Of a DNA stretch of 64,000 nucleotides, positions 26,877-35,276 are shown piece by piece. The stretch is from Longimicrobiales bacterium. Its GTDB lineage: Bacteria > Gemmatimonadota > Gemmatimonadetes > Longimicrobiales > Gaopeijiaceae. Location of the stretch: the NCBI GenBank assembly GCA_965198065.1, contig CBDAON010000004.1, positions 2,560,001-2,624,000 on the forward strand. Direction: 5' to 3'. The notes under the pieces were generated by a model. It was not told the origin of the DNA and made no database searches. It saw only the letters and a program-made list of their open reading frames with translations. Within the stretch, counting starts at the first letter, position 1, and each line of letters begins with the position of its first letter. A program made the translations under genes and the position numbers.

Positions 26877-28036
26877 GCGCGTTCGCTACGGATGTCGCCC
26901 GAAAGGCCGCGCCGCCGTTCGCCGATATGGGGATCGGCCGGGGGTGGGAGCCCGCCGCCCTCCTAGTGACCACGCTCCTCCTCGTCTCGTTCGGGCTCGT
27001 CACCCTGTACTCCGCGTCCGCGCTCCTCGCCCAGCGCCAGGACCTCCCGGACACGTTTTACGTGCTTCGGCAGGCCGTCGGGGTCGGGATCGGCCTCGTC
27101 CTCCTCGTCGTGTGCTCCCGTATCCCGCACGGATGGTGGCGGGCCCTGGCCTGGCCGGGCGTGTTCGCATCGTTCGTGCTCCTCGTCCTCATTGTGCTCC
27201 CGGCCACCGAGACTCTGGCGCCCGAGATAAACGGGGCTCGCCGCTCGCTCGATCTGGGGATGAGCTTCCAGCCAACCGAGCTGGCGAAGCTCGCGATATT
27301 GGTGTGGACGGCGCACACGGCGGTGCGAAAGAGCGAGCAGCTCCGGAGCCTGTCCCGTGGGTTCCTCCCGTTCCTCCTGGTCTGGGGAGCCCTCCTCACC
27401 CCGATCCTCCTCCAGCCGGATCTCTCGACAGCCTTCGTGGCCGGGCTCTGCGGTGCCGTCGTGCTCTTCGCGGCCGGAGGGCGGATCGCGCACTTCGTCC
27501 TCCTGAGCCTCGTCGTCGGCCCGCTCGTCCTAGCGCAGCTGGGCGAGGGTTTCCGCCAGGCGCGGATGATGGCTTTCGGCGACGTGGAGGAGTTCGCCGC
27601 CGCGGAGGGATACCAGGTACACCAGTCCCTCATCGCGATCGGATCGGGCGGGATCACGGGCGTGGGATTCGGTGAGGGACGCCAGAAATTCGGGTTCCTT
27701 CCGGAGCCCCACAACGACTTCATCTTCGCCATGATCGGAGAGGAGTGGGGGCTCCTCGGGGTCACCGTCCTGCTCGGACTCTACCTGACGTTGGTTCTCG
27801 TGGGGTTTCGGATCGCGCGCGGCGCCCCGGATCCGTTCGGTCAGCTCCTCGCGATCGGGATCACGAGCATGATCGCCCTCCAGGCGCTGCTGCACATCGG
27901 CGTGGGGCTCGGGGTCGTGCCCCCGACGGGCCTGTCGCTTCCGCTCGTGTCGTACGGCCGCTCGAACCTCCTCGTGAGCATGACCGGCGTGGGAATGCTC
28001 CTCTCGATCGGGAGGAGCATGAGGGGGTCGTCGTGA
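26873..28036 (+). CDS. ftsW: SEDS peptidoglycan glycosyltransferase FtsW
   Basis: FQPTELAK, QPDL, GYQV.QS, LPEPHNDFIFA.IGEEWG, LPLVSYG. Confidence 0.95.
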   Translation: MSAFATDVARKAAPPFADMGIGRGWEPAALLVTTLLLVSFGLVTLYSASALLAQRQDLPDTFYVLRQAVGVGIGLVLLVVCSRIPHGWWRALAWPGVFASFVLLVLIVLPATETLAPEINGARRSLDLGMSFQPTELAKLAILVWTAHTAVRKSEQLRSLSRGFLPFLLVWGALLTPILLQPDLSTAFVAGLCGAVVLFAAGGRIAHFVLLSLVVGPLVLAQLGEGFRQARMMAFGDVEEFAAAEGYQVHQSLIAIGSGGITGVGFGEGRQKFGFLPEPHNDFIFAMIGEEWGLLGVTVLLGLYLTLVLVGFRIARGAPDPFGQLLAIGITSMIALQALLHIGVGLGVVPPTGLSLPLVSYGRSNLLVSMTGVGMLLSIGRSMRGSS

Positions 28037-29181
28037 CGGACCGTGTCGTCGCCGTCTTTTCCGGGGGCGGAACCGGAGGCCATCTTTATCCGGCTCTCGC
28101 GCTCGCCCGGGCGCTCACCGAGCGCCGACCCGACGTGCACCCGTTCTTTATCGGGGCGCTGCGCGGGCTCGAGTCCCGAGTCTTTCCGGAGATGGGGGTC
28201 GAGCACCTCCTCGTTCCCGTGGAAGGGTTCCGGCGTGACGCCCTGCTCGCCAACGTTCGGATCCTCGCCCTCTTCGCCATGGCGCTGACGAGGGCCGCAA
28301 CCGCCTTCCACCGGCTCCGCCCGCACCTCGTCGTCGTGACGGGTGGGTACGCCGGCGGGCCGGCTGGGCTCGTCGCGGTCCTCACCGGGACGCGCCTCGT
28401 GCTCCAGGAGCAGAACGCGCTCCCGGGCGTCACCACGAGGTTCCTCTCCCTCTTCGCCCGGGAGGTTCACCTCGCCTATCCAGAATCCCTGGAAGGGCTC
28501 CCCACTACGTCGCGAAGGAAGGCGCTCGTGTCGGGGAACCCGGTCCGGGAGCCCGAGGCCGTGGACCGCGACGAGGCGGCAAGGGCCCTGGGTCTCGAGG
28601 CCGGGGGAAAGGTCGTCCTCGTCACGGGGGGAAGCCAGGGGTCCGAGGCGCTGAACGAGGCGGTGCTGGACGCCGTGACGCGGGTGCTCGGCGGGAGCCT
28701 GGCCCTTCCGGACGGCCTCCAGCTCCTCTGGGCCACGGGTCCGGAGCACGTGAGCGCCGTGGGAGAAGCGATTCGGGGGCTCGGGTCGCCTTCGTGGGTT
28801 CGCGCCGTCGGATACCTCGACCGGATGCCGCTCGCGCTCTCGCTCGCCCGGGTGGCCGTGAGCCGAGGGGGCGCAATGGCCACGTCCGAGTTTCTGGCCT
28901 GGGGTATCCCCTCGATCCTCGTGCCTCTGCCTACCGCGGCGGCCGACCACCAGAGCCGGAACGCCGCTGCGCTGAGCGACGCGGGAGCGGCGATACACCT
29001 ACCGCAGAGCGGGGCCACGGGTGAGGCGCTCTGGCGCGAGGTCACCGCTCTTCTAGGGGACTCCGGACGCTGGGAGCGGATGGCCCAGGCCGCGCGCGCG
29101 CGGGGTCGGCCCAGGGCCGCGCACGAGATCGCCGGCTCCCTCGAGCGGCACCTGCCGCCTGCCCGTGCTGGGGCCGGATGA
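28033..29181 (+). CDS. murG: lipid I N-acetylglucosaminyltransferase
   Basis: GGGTGGH, GGYAGGP, EQNALPG, GNPVR, GGSQGS, HQSRNA. Confidence 0.96.
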   Translation: MTDRVVAVFSGGGTGGHLYPALALARALTERRPDVHPFFIGALRGLESRVFPEMGVEHLLVPVEGFRRDALLANVRILALFAMALTRAATAFHRLRPHLVVVTGGYAGGPAGLVAVLTGTRLVLQEQNALPGVTTRFLSLFAREVHLAYPESLEGLPTTSRRKALVSGNPVREPEAVDRDEAARALGLEAGGKVVLVTGGSQGSEALNEAVLDAVTRVLGGSLALPDGLQLLWATGPEHVSAVGEAIRGLGSPSWVRAVGYLDRMPLALSLARVAVSRGGAMATSEFLAWGIPSILVPLPTAAADHQSRNAAALSDAGAAIHLPQSGATGEALWREVTALLGDSGRWERMAQAARARGRPRAAHEIAGSLERHLPPARAGAG

Positions 29182-30635
29182 TGGTGGCAGCCCCCGTGTC
29201 GCCCGCGGAGGATCTGAGGATCCGGGAGCGCCTGGCCTCCGGGACGGTCCACTTCATGGGGATCTCGGGAGCGGGCATGTCGGCGCTGGCCGAGGCCATG
29301 GTCCGGCAGGGCGGGCGCGTGACCGGATGCGACTGGGCGCCCGGGCCGGCGGCCGAGCCGCTCGTTCGGCTAGGGGTCCGCGTGCACCCGTCGCACGACC
29401 CGGCCCATCTCGAGGGGGTCGGGACGCTGATCGTGACCCCGGCCGTGCCCGGGGATCACCCCGAGGTGGCGGAAGCCGGACGCCTGGAGATTCCGGTGAT
29501 CAAACGGGCTCGTGCCCTCGGGGCCTGGGTGAGCGGGGGGTCGGTCGTGGCCGTGGCCGGAACGCACGGGAAGACGACCACGACGACCATGGTCACCCAG
29601 ATCCTCGCGCGGAGCGGGATGGATCCAACCGGGTTCGTGGGCGGCTGGGTACCGGCGTGGAACGGACACCTCCGGGCCGGACGGGACGACCTCTTCGTTG
29701 TGGAGGCCGACGAGTACGACCGCTCCTTCCACCACCTTCGGCCCACGCTGGCGGTAGTCACGAACGTCGAGGCGGACCACCTGGACGTCTACGGAGACGT
29801 GCGCGGCGTGCGGGAGGGATTTCGGACTTTCCTCGAGGGGGTGCGGGCCGACGGCACCGTCGTGGCCTGCGCGGACGACCCGGGGGCATCGGCCCTCCTG
29901 GCCGGGACCGGTCTCGACGCCCGGACGTTCGGGTTCTCGGCGGGGAGCCAGGTGTGGGGGATCGAGCTTGAGAGCACACCTTCGGGCTCGCGCTTCCGTG
30001 TCCTTGAGGACGGCTTGGACTTGGGGCGAGTGGAGCTCCGGGTCCCGGGCTTGCACAACGCGAGGAACGCCCTGGGCGCTGCGACGGCCGCGCGGGTCCT
30101 GGGCGTCGAGTGGAGCCGGGTCCGGGCCGCCCTCGGCGATTTCCAGGGGGTGGCCCGCCGGTTCCAGACCTTGGGCGAGCGAGCGGACGTGGTCGTAGTG
30201 GACGATTACGCCCACCACCCGACCGAGCTGGTCGCGGCGCTCCAGACGGCCAGGGACAGCCATCCCGACCGCCGCCTCGTGGCCGTGTTCCAGCCCCACC
30301 TCTACACGCGCACGCGCGATTTCGGCCATGAGTTCGGCCGCGTCCTCGCCACCGCCGACGCCGTCTGGATCGCCGAGGTCTATCCGTCCCGGGAGGAACC
30401 CATCCCAGGCGTGGACGGCGCGTACATCAAGCGGCAGGTGGATGCTGCCGTCATGGGGGGCATGGGGAAAGCGGGCGAGGTCCGCGTGCACCGGGACCTC
30501 GCGACGCTCCCCGAGGCGCTCGCCGCCGCGCTGCGTCCCGGGGACCTCTGCCTCACGCTAGGGGCGGGCACGATCGAGCGGGTAGGGCCCGCGCTGCTCC
30601 AGCGGCTCCAGGCGAGGGAGGCCGCCCATGCGTAA
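29178..30635 (+). CDS. murC: UDP-MurNAc--L-alanine ligase
   Basis: HFMGISGAGMS, GTHGKTTTT, EADEYDRSF, DDYAHHPTE, FQPH.Y.RT. Confidence 0.97.
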   Translation: MMVAAPVSPAEDLRIRERLASGTVHFMGISGAGMSALAEAMVRQGGRVTGCDWAPGPAAEPLVRLGVRVHPSHDPAHLEGVGTLIVTPAVPGDHPEVAEAGRLEIPVIKRARALGAWVSGGSVVAVAGTHGKTTTTTMVTQILARSGMDPTGFVGGWVPAWNGHLRAGRDDLFVVEADEYDRSFHHLRPTLAVVTNVEADHLDVYGDVRGVREGFRTFLEGVRADGTVVACADDPGASALLAGTGLDARTFGFSAGSQVWGIELESTPSGSRFRVLEDGLDLGRVELRVPGLHNARNALGAATAARVLGVEWSRVRAALGDFQGVARRFQTLGERADVVVVDDYAHHPTELVAALQTARDSHPDRRLVAVFQPHLYTRTRDFGHEFGRVLATADAVWIAEVYPSREEPIPGVDGAYIKRQVDAAVMGGMGKAGEVRVHRDLATLPEALAAALRPGDLCLTLGAGTIERVGPALLQRLQAREAAHA

Positions 30636-31404
30636 GGGCGTCGGGATCCTCGTGCTGGTCACGGCCACGATGGCGGGGGCGCTCGGCGGCCCGTGGGTCG
30701 TCGAGCGGATCTCGGGAATCGAGCTGTTCCGGGTGACGGAGGTTGTGGTCGAGGGCGGGCACTATCTCACTGCCGAGGAAATCCGCAGCGTGGCGGCGGT
30801 CCCGCGCGGCGCGAGCCTCTGGGACGACCTGGCCCCCGTGCTCGAGCGGCTTCGGGCGCATCCGGGGATTCGAGACGCGAAGGCCGAGCGAAGGCCCCCG
30901 GGGACCGTCGTCCTCCTGATCGAGGAGCGGGAGCCGGTAGCGATGGTCCCGAGCCCGACCCTGACTCCCGTGGACGCCGAGGGAGCCGTCCTCCCCTTCG
31001 ATCCCGCGCTCGAGCGTCTCGACCTACCGCTCCTAAGCCCGAGACGCGAGGCCGTGCCAGGCGGGGTGGCGGAGGCCGGAGCGCCCCTCTCCCCAGCCGA
31101 GCTACGCGTGCTCACCGCCGAGCTCGATTGGCTGGGACGAACGCTGCCCGATCTGGTGGCGTACACGTCGGACGTGGCCCTGGACGATTGGGGGTCCGTC
31201 GTGCTCCACTTGGACCAGCCCCGCGTCCTTCTCAGGTATCCGCCACCCCTCTCGCCCCGGCGTCTTCAAGAGGCGCTCCTCGCGTTCGAGGACGCCGTAC
31301 GGCGGAACCCGGGGCACCCGCCGGTCGAGCTGGACCTCCGCTTCCAGGAGCAGGTGGTCGTGGGGTTCTCTCCCCCGCCGGCGCGCGGAGGAGTCGCCCC
31401 GTGA
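30628..31404 (+). CDS. ftsQ: cell division protein FtsQ/DivIB
   Basis: N-terminal TM, POTRA-like region, C-terminal LDLRF; directly precedes ftsA. Confidence 0.88.
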   Translation: MRKGVGILVLVTATMAGALGGPWVVERISGIELFRVTEVVVEGGHYLTAEEIRSVAAVPRGASLWDDLAPVLERLRAHPGIRDAKAERRPPGTVVLLIEEREPVAMVPSPTLTPVDAEGAVLPFDPALERLDLPLLSPRREAVPGGVAEAGAPLSPAELRVLTAELDWLGRTLPDLVAYTSDVALDDWGSVVLHLDQPRVLLRYPPPLSPRRLQEALLAFEDAVRRNPGHPPVELDLRFQEQVVVGFSPPPARGGVAP

Positions 31405-32633
31405 GAGCCAGCCTGATCACGGGACTCGACATCGGGACCACGAAGACCAGCGCCGTCATCGCGGAGATGCCCGGGGACGGACGGCGGCCTTCCGAGCTCA
31501 AGGTTCTGGGCGTGGGGCAGGCCCGGACCTCCGGCGTGCGCCGGGAGGTTGTGACCCACATCGAGGAGACCACGGACACGATCCAGAAGGCCATCAAGGA
31601 AGCGGAGCTCATGGCCGGCGTGTCCGTAGATCGCGTCTGGTCGGGAATCGGGGGCGAGCACATCGAGTCGGGGGCCTCCCCCGGGGTGGTAGCGGTGGGA
31701 GAGGACGAGATCACGAGGAGCGACCTCCGGCGGGTGCACGAGGTCGCGCAGGCCGTCGCGCTTCTCCCCGATCGGGAGCTCCTCCACGCGATTCCGCAGG
31801 AGTACGTCGTGGATCGCCAGCGGGGCATCAAGGACCCGATCGGGATGTCGGGGGTCCGGCTCGAGGCCGAGGTCTACCTCGTGACCGGATCGGCTTCTGT
31901 GGCCGGAAACATCCGGAAGGCCGTCTCCCGTGCCGGATACCGGGTCCAGGGGCTGGTCCTGTCTCCGCTCGCCGCGGTGCGGGCCGTCCTCACCGAGGAC
32001 GAGAAGGAGGTGGGGGTCGCCATGGTGGACATCGGCGCCTCCTCCACCCAGCTCGCGGTCTACTACGAGGGGAAGATCCGCCACGTGGGCACGCTGCCGA
32101 TCGGCGGCGACGCCCTCACGAACGACCTGGTGCGCGGACTGTCCGTGCCGTTTGCCGAGGCCCAGCGCGCCAAGGAGCAGCACGCGGTGGCCTTCGCGCA
32201 GCTCGTGGATCCCCAGGAGACCATCGACCTCCCGGGGCCCGGGCCGGGACAGCGGCGCCACGTGGCGCGGGAGCTCATCGCTCACATCGTCGAGCAGCGC
32301 CTGGACGAGCTGTTCAGCCTGGTCGAAGGAGAACTCGAGCAGAAGGAGCTGCTCGGCCGCCTGGGCGCGGGGGTTGTCCTCACGGGGGGGACGGCTGCGC
32401 TCCAGGGGCTGGTCGAGATGGCAGGGCAGGTGTTTGCTGCGCCGGTCCGGGTCGGCGTGCCCGAGGAGGGGCTCGCTGGGCTCGCGGATGCCGTTCGCCG
32501 GCCCCGCTTCTCGACCGTGACTGGGCTGTGCCTCTACGGGGCGGACCGCTTCTACGAGACCGGAGAGGGGGCCTCCACCCTCTCGTCCGGCGTGGTGTCG
32601 CGCATCGGAGCTTGGATACGGGAGTTCTTCTGA
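31401..32633 (+). CDS. ftsA: cell division protein FtsA
   Basis: GLDIGTTK, DPIGMSGVRLE, VDIGA, GVVLTGG, C-terminal amphipathic helix (IGAWIREFF). Confidence 0.97.
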   Translation: MRASLITGLDIGTTKTSAVIAEMPGDGRRPSELKVLGVGQARTSGVRREVVTHIEETTDTIQKAIKEAELMAGVSVDRVWSGIGGEHIESGASPGVVAVGEDEITRSDLRRVHEVAQAVALLPDRELLHAIPQEYVVDRQRGIKDPIGMSGVRLEAEVYLVTGSASVAGNIRKAVSRAGYRVQGLVLSPLAAVRAVLTEDEKEVGVAMVDIGASSTQLAVYYEGKIRHVGTLPIGGDALTNDLVRGLSVPFAEAQRAKEQHAVAFAQLVDPQETIDLPGPGPGQRRHVARELIAHIVEQRLDELFSLVEGELEQKELLGRLGAGVVLTGGTAALQGLVEMAGQVFAAPVRVGVPEEGLAGLADAVRRPRFSTVTGLCLYGADRFYETGEGASTLSSGVVSRIGAWIREFF

Positions 32634-32664
32634 CTTCATGAACCTGGAGACGAGTGAGGACCCG

Positions 32665-33867
32665 ATGATGATCTTCGAATTCGACGAACCCCGGGCCGAG
32701 AATGCCCACATGAAAGTCGTGGGCGTCGGGGGGGCCGGCGGGAACGCCGTCAATCGCATGGTGGACGAAGACCTCGAGGGGGTCGAGTTCATCTCCGCGA
32801 ACACGGACGGGCAGGCGCTCCGACTGTCTCAGGCTCACGTGACGATCCAGCTGGGAAAGAAGCTCACGCGGGGCCTCGGGGCGGGCGCGCGCCCCGAGAT
32901 CGGGCGCCAGGCCATCGCGGAGTCGGAGGACGAGGTGCGGCGCTCGCTGGAGGGGGCCGACCTCGTCTTCATCACGGCCGGCATGGGGGGCGGAACCGGG
33001 ACCGGCGCCGCGCCCCTGATTGGGGACATCGCGCGGGAGATCAACGCCCTCACGATCGGGATCGTCACGCGGCCGTTCGCGTTCGAGGGGAAGAAGCGCC
33101 TCCGTCAGGCCGAGCAGGGGCTCGCCGAGCTCAGGCGGTCGGTGGACACGATGATCGTGGTGCCGAACGACCGTCTGCTCTCCGTGGTGGGGAAGGGGAC
33201 GACCTTCCGAGACGCCTTGAAGAAGGCGGACGAGGTGCTCCTGCACGCCACGCAGGGGATCTCGGACCTCGTGCGCGTGACGGGCGAGGTGAACGTGGAT
33301 TTCGCGGACGTCCGCACGGTGATGGCGTGCCGTGGGCCGGCTCTCATGGGGTCAGGCTTCGGCGAGGGGGACGACCGCGCCGTCGAGGCGGCGCAGGAGG
33401 CGGTCTCGTCGCCGCTCCTGGACGACGTCTCGATCCGGGGGGCCAAGGGCGTCCTGATCAACATCACGGGGGGCATGGACCTCGCCATTGACGAGGTGAC
33501 CCAGATCTCTACGATTATCCAGGAAGAAGCCGGGGAGGACGCTGAGATCATCTTCGGGGCCGTGCACGATCCGTCCCTGGAGGGTAAGATTAGAGTGACT
33601 GTGATCGCCACCGGGTTCGATCCCGGCGAGGAGGCGAGCGACCGGAAGGTGATCCGGCCAGACTTCCGCCGGGGCGCCGTGCCCCGGTCCTCGAGCCGCG
33701 GTCCGGCTCGGCTCCCGCTGCGTACGCCGCTTCGTGCCGCTGTGGGTGACGGGTCGGCGCCGGAGCGTGAGGCCCAACCGTTCCACCGGCCTCCCGAGCG
33801 GGTCGTGGACCGGAGCCACCTCGGCGATTTGGACATACCGACGTTCATTCGTCGGCAGATGGACTAG
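32665..33867 (+). CDS. ftsZ: cell division protein FtsZ
   Basis: GVGGAGGNAVNRM, GGGTGTG, NVDFAD, C-terminal DLDIPTFIRRQMD. Start at 32665/32668 after GAGGA (32638 also possible). Confidence 0.99.
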   Translation: MMIFEFDEPRAENAHMKVVGVGGAGGNAVNRMVDEDLEGVEFISANTDGQALRLSQAHVTIQLGKKLTRGLGAGARPEIGRQAIAESEDEVRRSLEGADLVFITAGMGGGTGTGAAPLIGDIAREINALTIGIVTRPFAFEGKKRLRQAEQGLAELRRSVDTMIVVPNDRLLSVVGKGTTFRDALKKADEVLLHATQGISDLVRVTGEVNVDFADVRTVMACRGPALMGSGFGEGDDRAVEAAQEAVSSPLLDDVSIRGAKGVLINITGGMDLAIDEVTQISTIIQEEAGEDAEIIFGAVHDPSLEGKIRVTVIATGFDPGEEASDRKVIRPDFRRGAVPRSSSRGPARLPLRTPLRAAVGDGSAPEREAQPFHRPPERVVDRSHLGDLDIPTFIRRQMD

Positions 33868-33890
33868 AGGCGACCGGGGAACGCTCTCCG

Positions 33891-35276
33891 GTGACCTTGG
33901 CCCGAGCAGCGGGCCGCTCCACTGCCGGGCATCGGAGAAGCGACAGCGTGCTCGATCGTCTTTCGACGTACGCTTCGAAGCCGCTGGGCGCCCTGGCAGG
34001 GGCGTTCGGCTGCGTGGGCGTCGCGGCCCTCGTGCTGGCTCCCGGTTGGGGGGAGACCCCGGACGCGGGGTACCTGGCGCCCCTGGCAGCGGTCTCGGCC
34101 GAGGAGTACCGGGTCGAGTTCCTGCGTCCGGGCACGACCTTCGGAGAGATCCTGTACACGGCGCGCCTGGACGCGAACGAGCAGGAGAACCTTCTCCTGG
34201 CGTTCCAAGAGCACGCGGACCCCCGGCGGCTCAGCGGAGGCACGGAGGTAACGCTCCGGTTCCTCCGGGGTGGGAAGGCGGTGCGCGGGGTGGACGTAGC
34301 CGTCACGCGCGACGAGCTCGTGCGGCTCGAGCGTGACCCGTTCGGCTGGACGTCCCATGTCGTCCCGACTCCCGTGTGGGTGGACACGCTCGCGACAACC
34401 GGGACGATCGAGACCGACCTGTGGACGGCAGTGGTTGGGAGCGACGGCTTTTCGGCGGTGCCGATCGCGGACCGCGCGCAGGTCATGTACGCCCTGGCCC
34501 AGGTGTTCCAGTGGCAGATCGACTTCCACCGGCAGATCCAGCCGGGTGACTCCTTCCGGCTCATCGTCGAGCGTGAGGTGCGTCCCGACGGGAGCATGAG
34601 GAGGAGCCGGATCCTGGCTGCCGAGGTTATGAGCTCTGGCGGGGCCGTGCACGCGATCTGGTTCGACCTCCACGGGGACGGGGTAGGCGGGTACTACGAC
34701 CTCGCCGGGGAGTCGCTCGAGCGTCCCTTCCTCGTGGCTCCTCTCGAGTTCCGCCGTATCTCCTCGGGGTTCTCGAACGGTCGTCGCCACCCGATCCTGA
34801 ACGTCATTCGCGCGCACCGTGGGGTGGATTACGCGGCGGCGATCGGGACGCCGGTGATGGCGACCGGCGATGGCGTGGTCACGCGGAGAGGCCCCGACGG
34901 AGGCTACGGCAACCTGGTAGAGATCCGCCACTCGGGCGGCTACGTCACCCGCTACGGTCACCTGAGCCGCTTCCAGGCGGCGGTGAATCCGGGGACCCGC
35001 GTGACACAGGGCCAGACGATCGGGTACGTCGGGATGACGGGCCTCGCCACCGGGCCGCATCTCCATTACGAGATGTACCAGAACGGACGGCCCCGCGATC
35101 CGCGCACCCTCGATCTCCCTCCAGGCGATCCCATTCCGCTGAATGTGCGGGACCGGTGGACCGCCGAGTTCGTCGTGCGGTACGCCATGCTCGTGAACCT
35201 CTCCTCGTCTCCCGACCTGCGGGTGGCGGACACGGGGTTGATCCCCGCGGATAGCGGGGCCGCGCGGAACGAGTGA
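33891..35276 (+). CDS. M23 family peptidoglycan DD-metalloendopeptidase (MepM/Csd3-like)
   Basis: HRGVD (HxxxD), YGHL, GPHLHYE (HxH), N-terminal TM. Start uncertain. Confidence 0.9.
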   Translation: MTLARAAGRSTAGHRRSDSVLDRLSTYASKPLGALAGAFGCVGVAALVLAPGWGETPDAGYLAPLAAVSAEEYRVEFLRPGTTFGEILYTARLDANEQENLLLAFQEHADPRRLSGGTEVTLRFLRGGKAVRGVDVAVTRDELVRLERDPFGWTSHVVPTPVWVDTLATTGTIETDLWTAVVGSDGFSAVPIADRAQVMYALAQVFQWQIDFHRQIQPGDSFRLIVEREVRPDGSMRRSRILAAEVMSSGGAVHAIWFDLHGDGVGGYYDLAGESLERPFLVAPLEFRRISSGFSNGRRHPILNVIRAHRGVDYAAAIGTPVMATGDGVVTRRGPDGGYGNLVEIRHSGGYVTRYGHLSRFQAAVNPGTRVTQGQTIGYVGMTGLATGPHLHYEMYQNGRPRDPRTLDLPPGDPIPLNVRDRWTAEFVVRYAMLVNLSSSPDLRVADTGLIPADSGAARNE

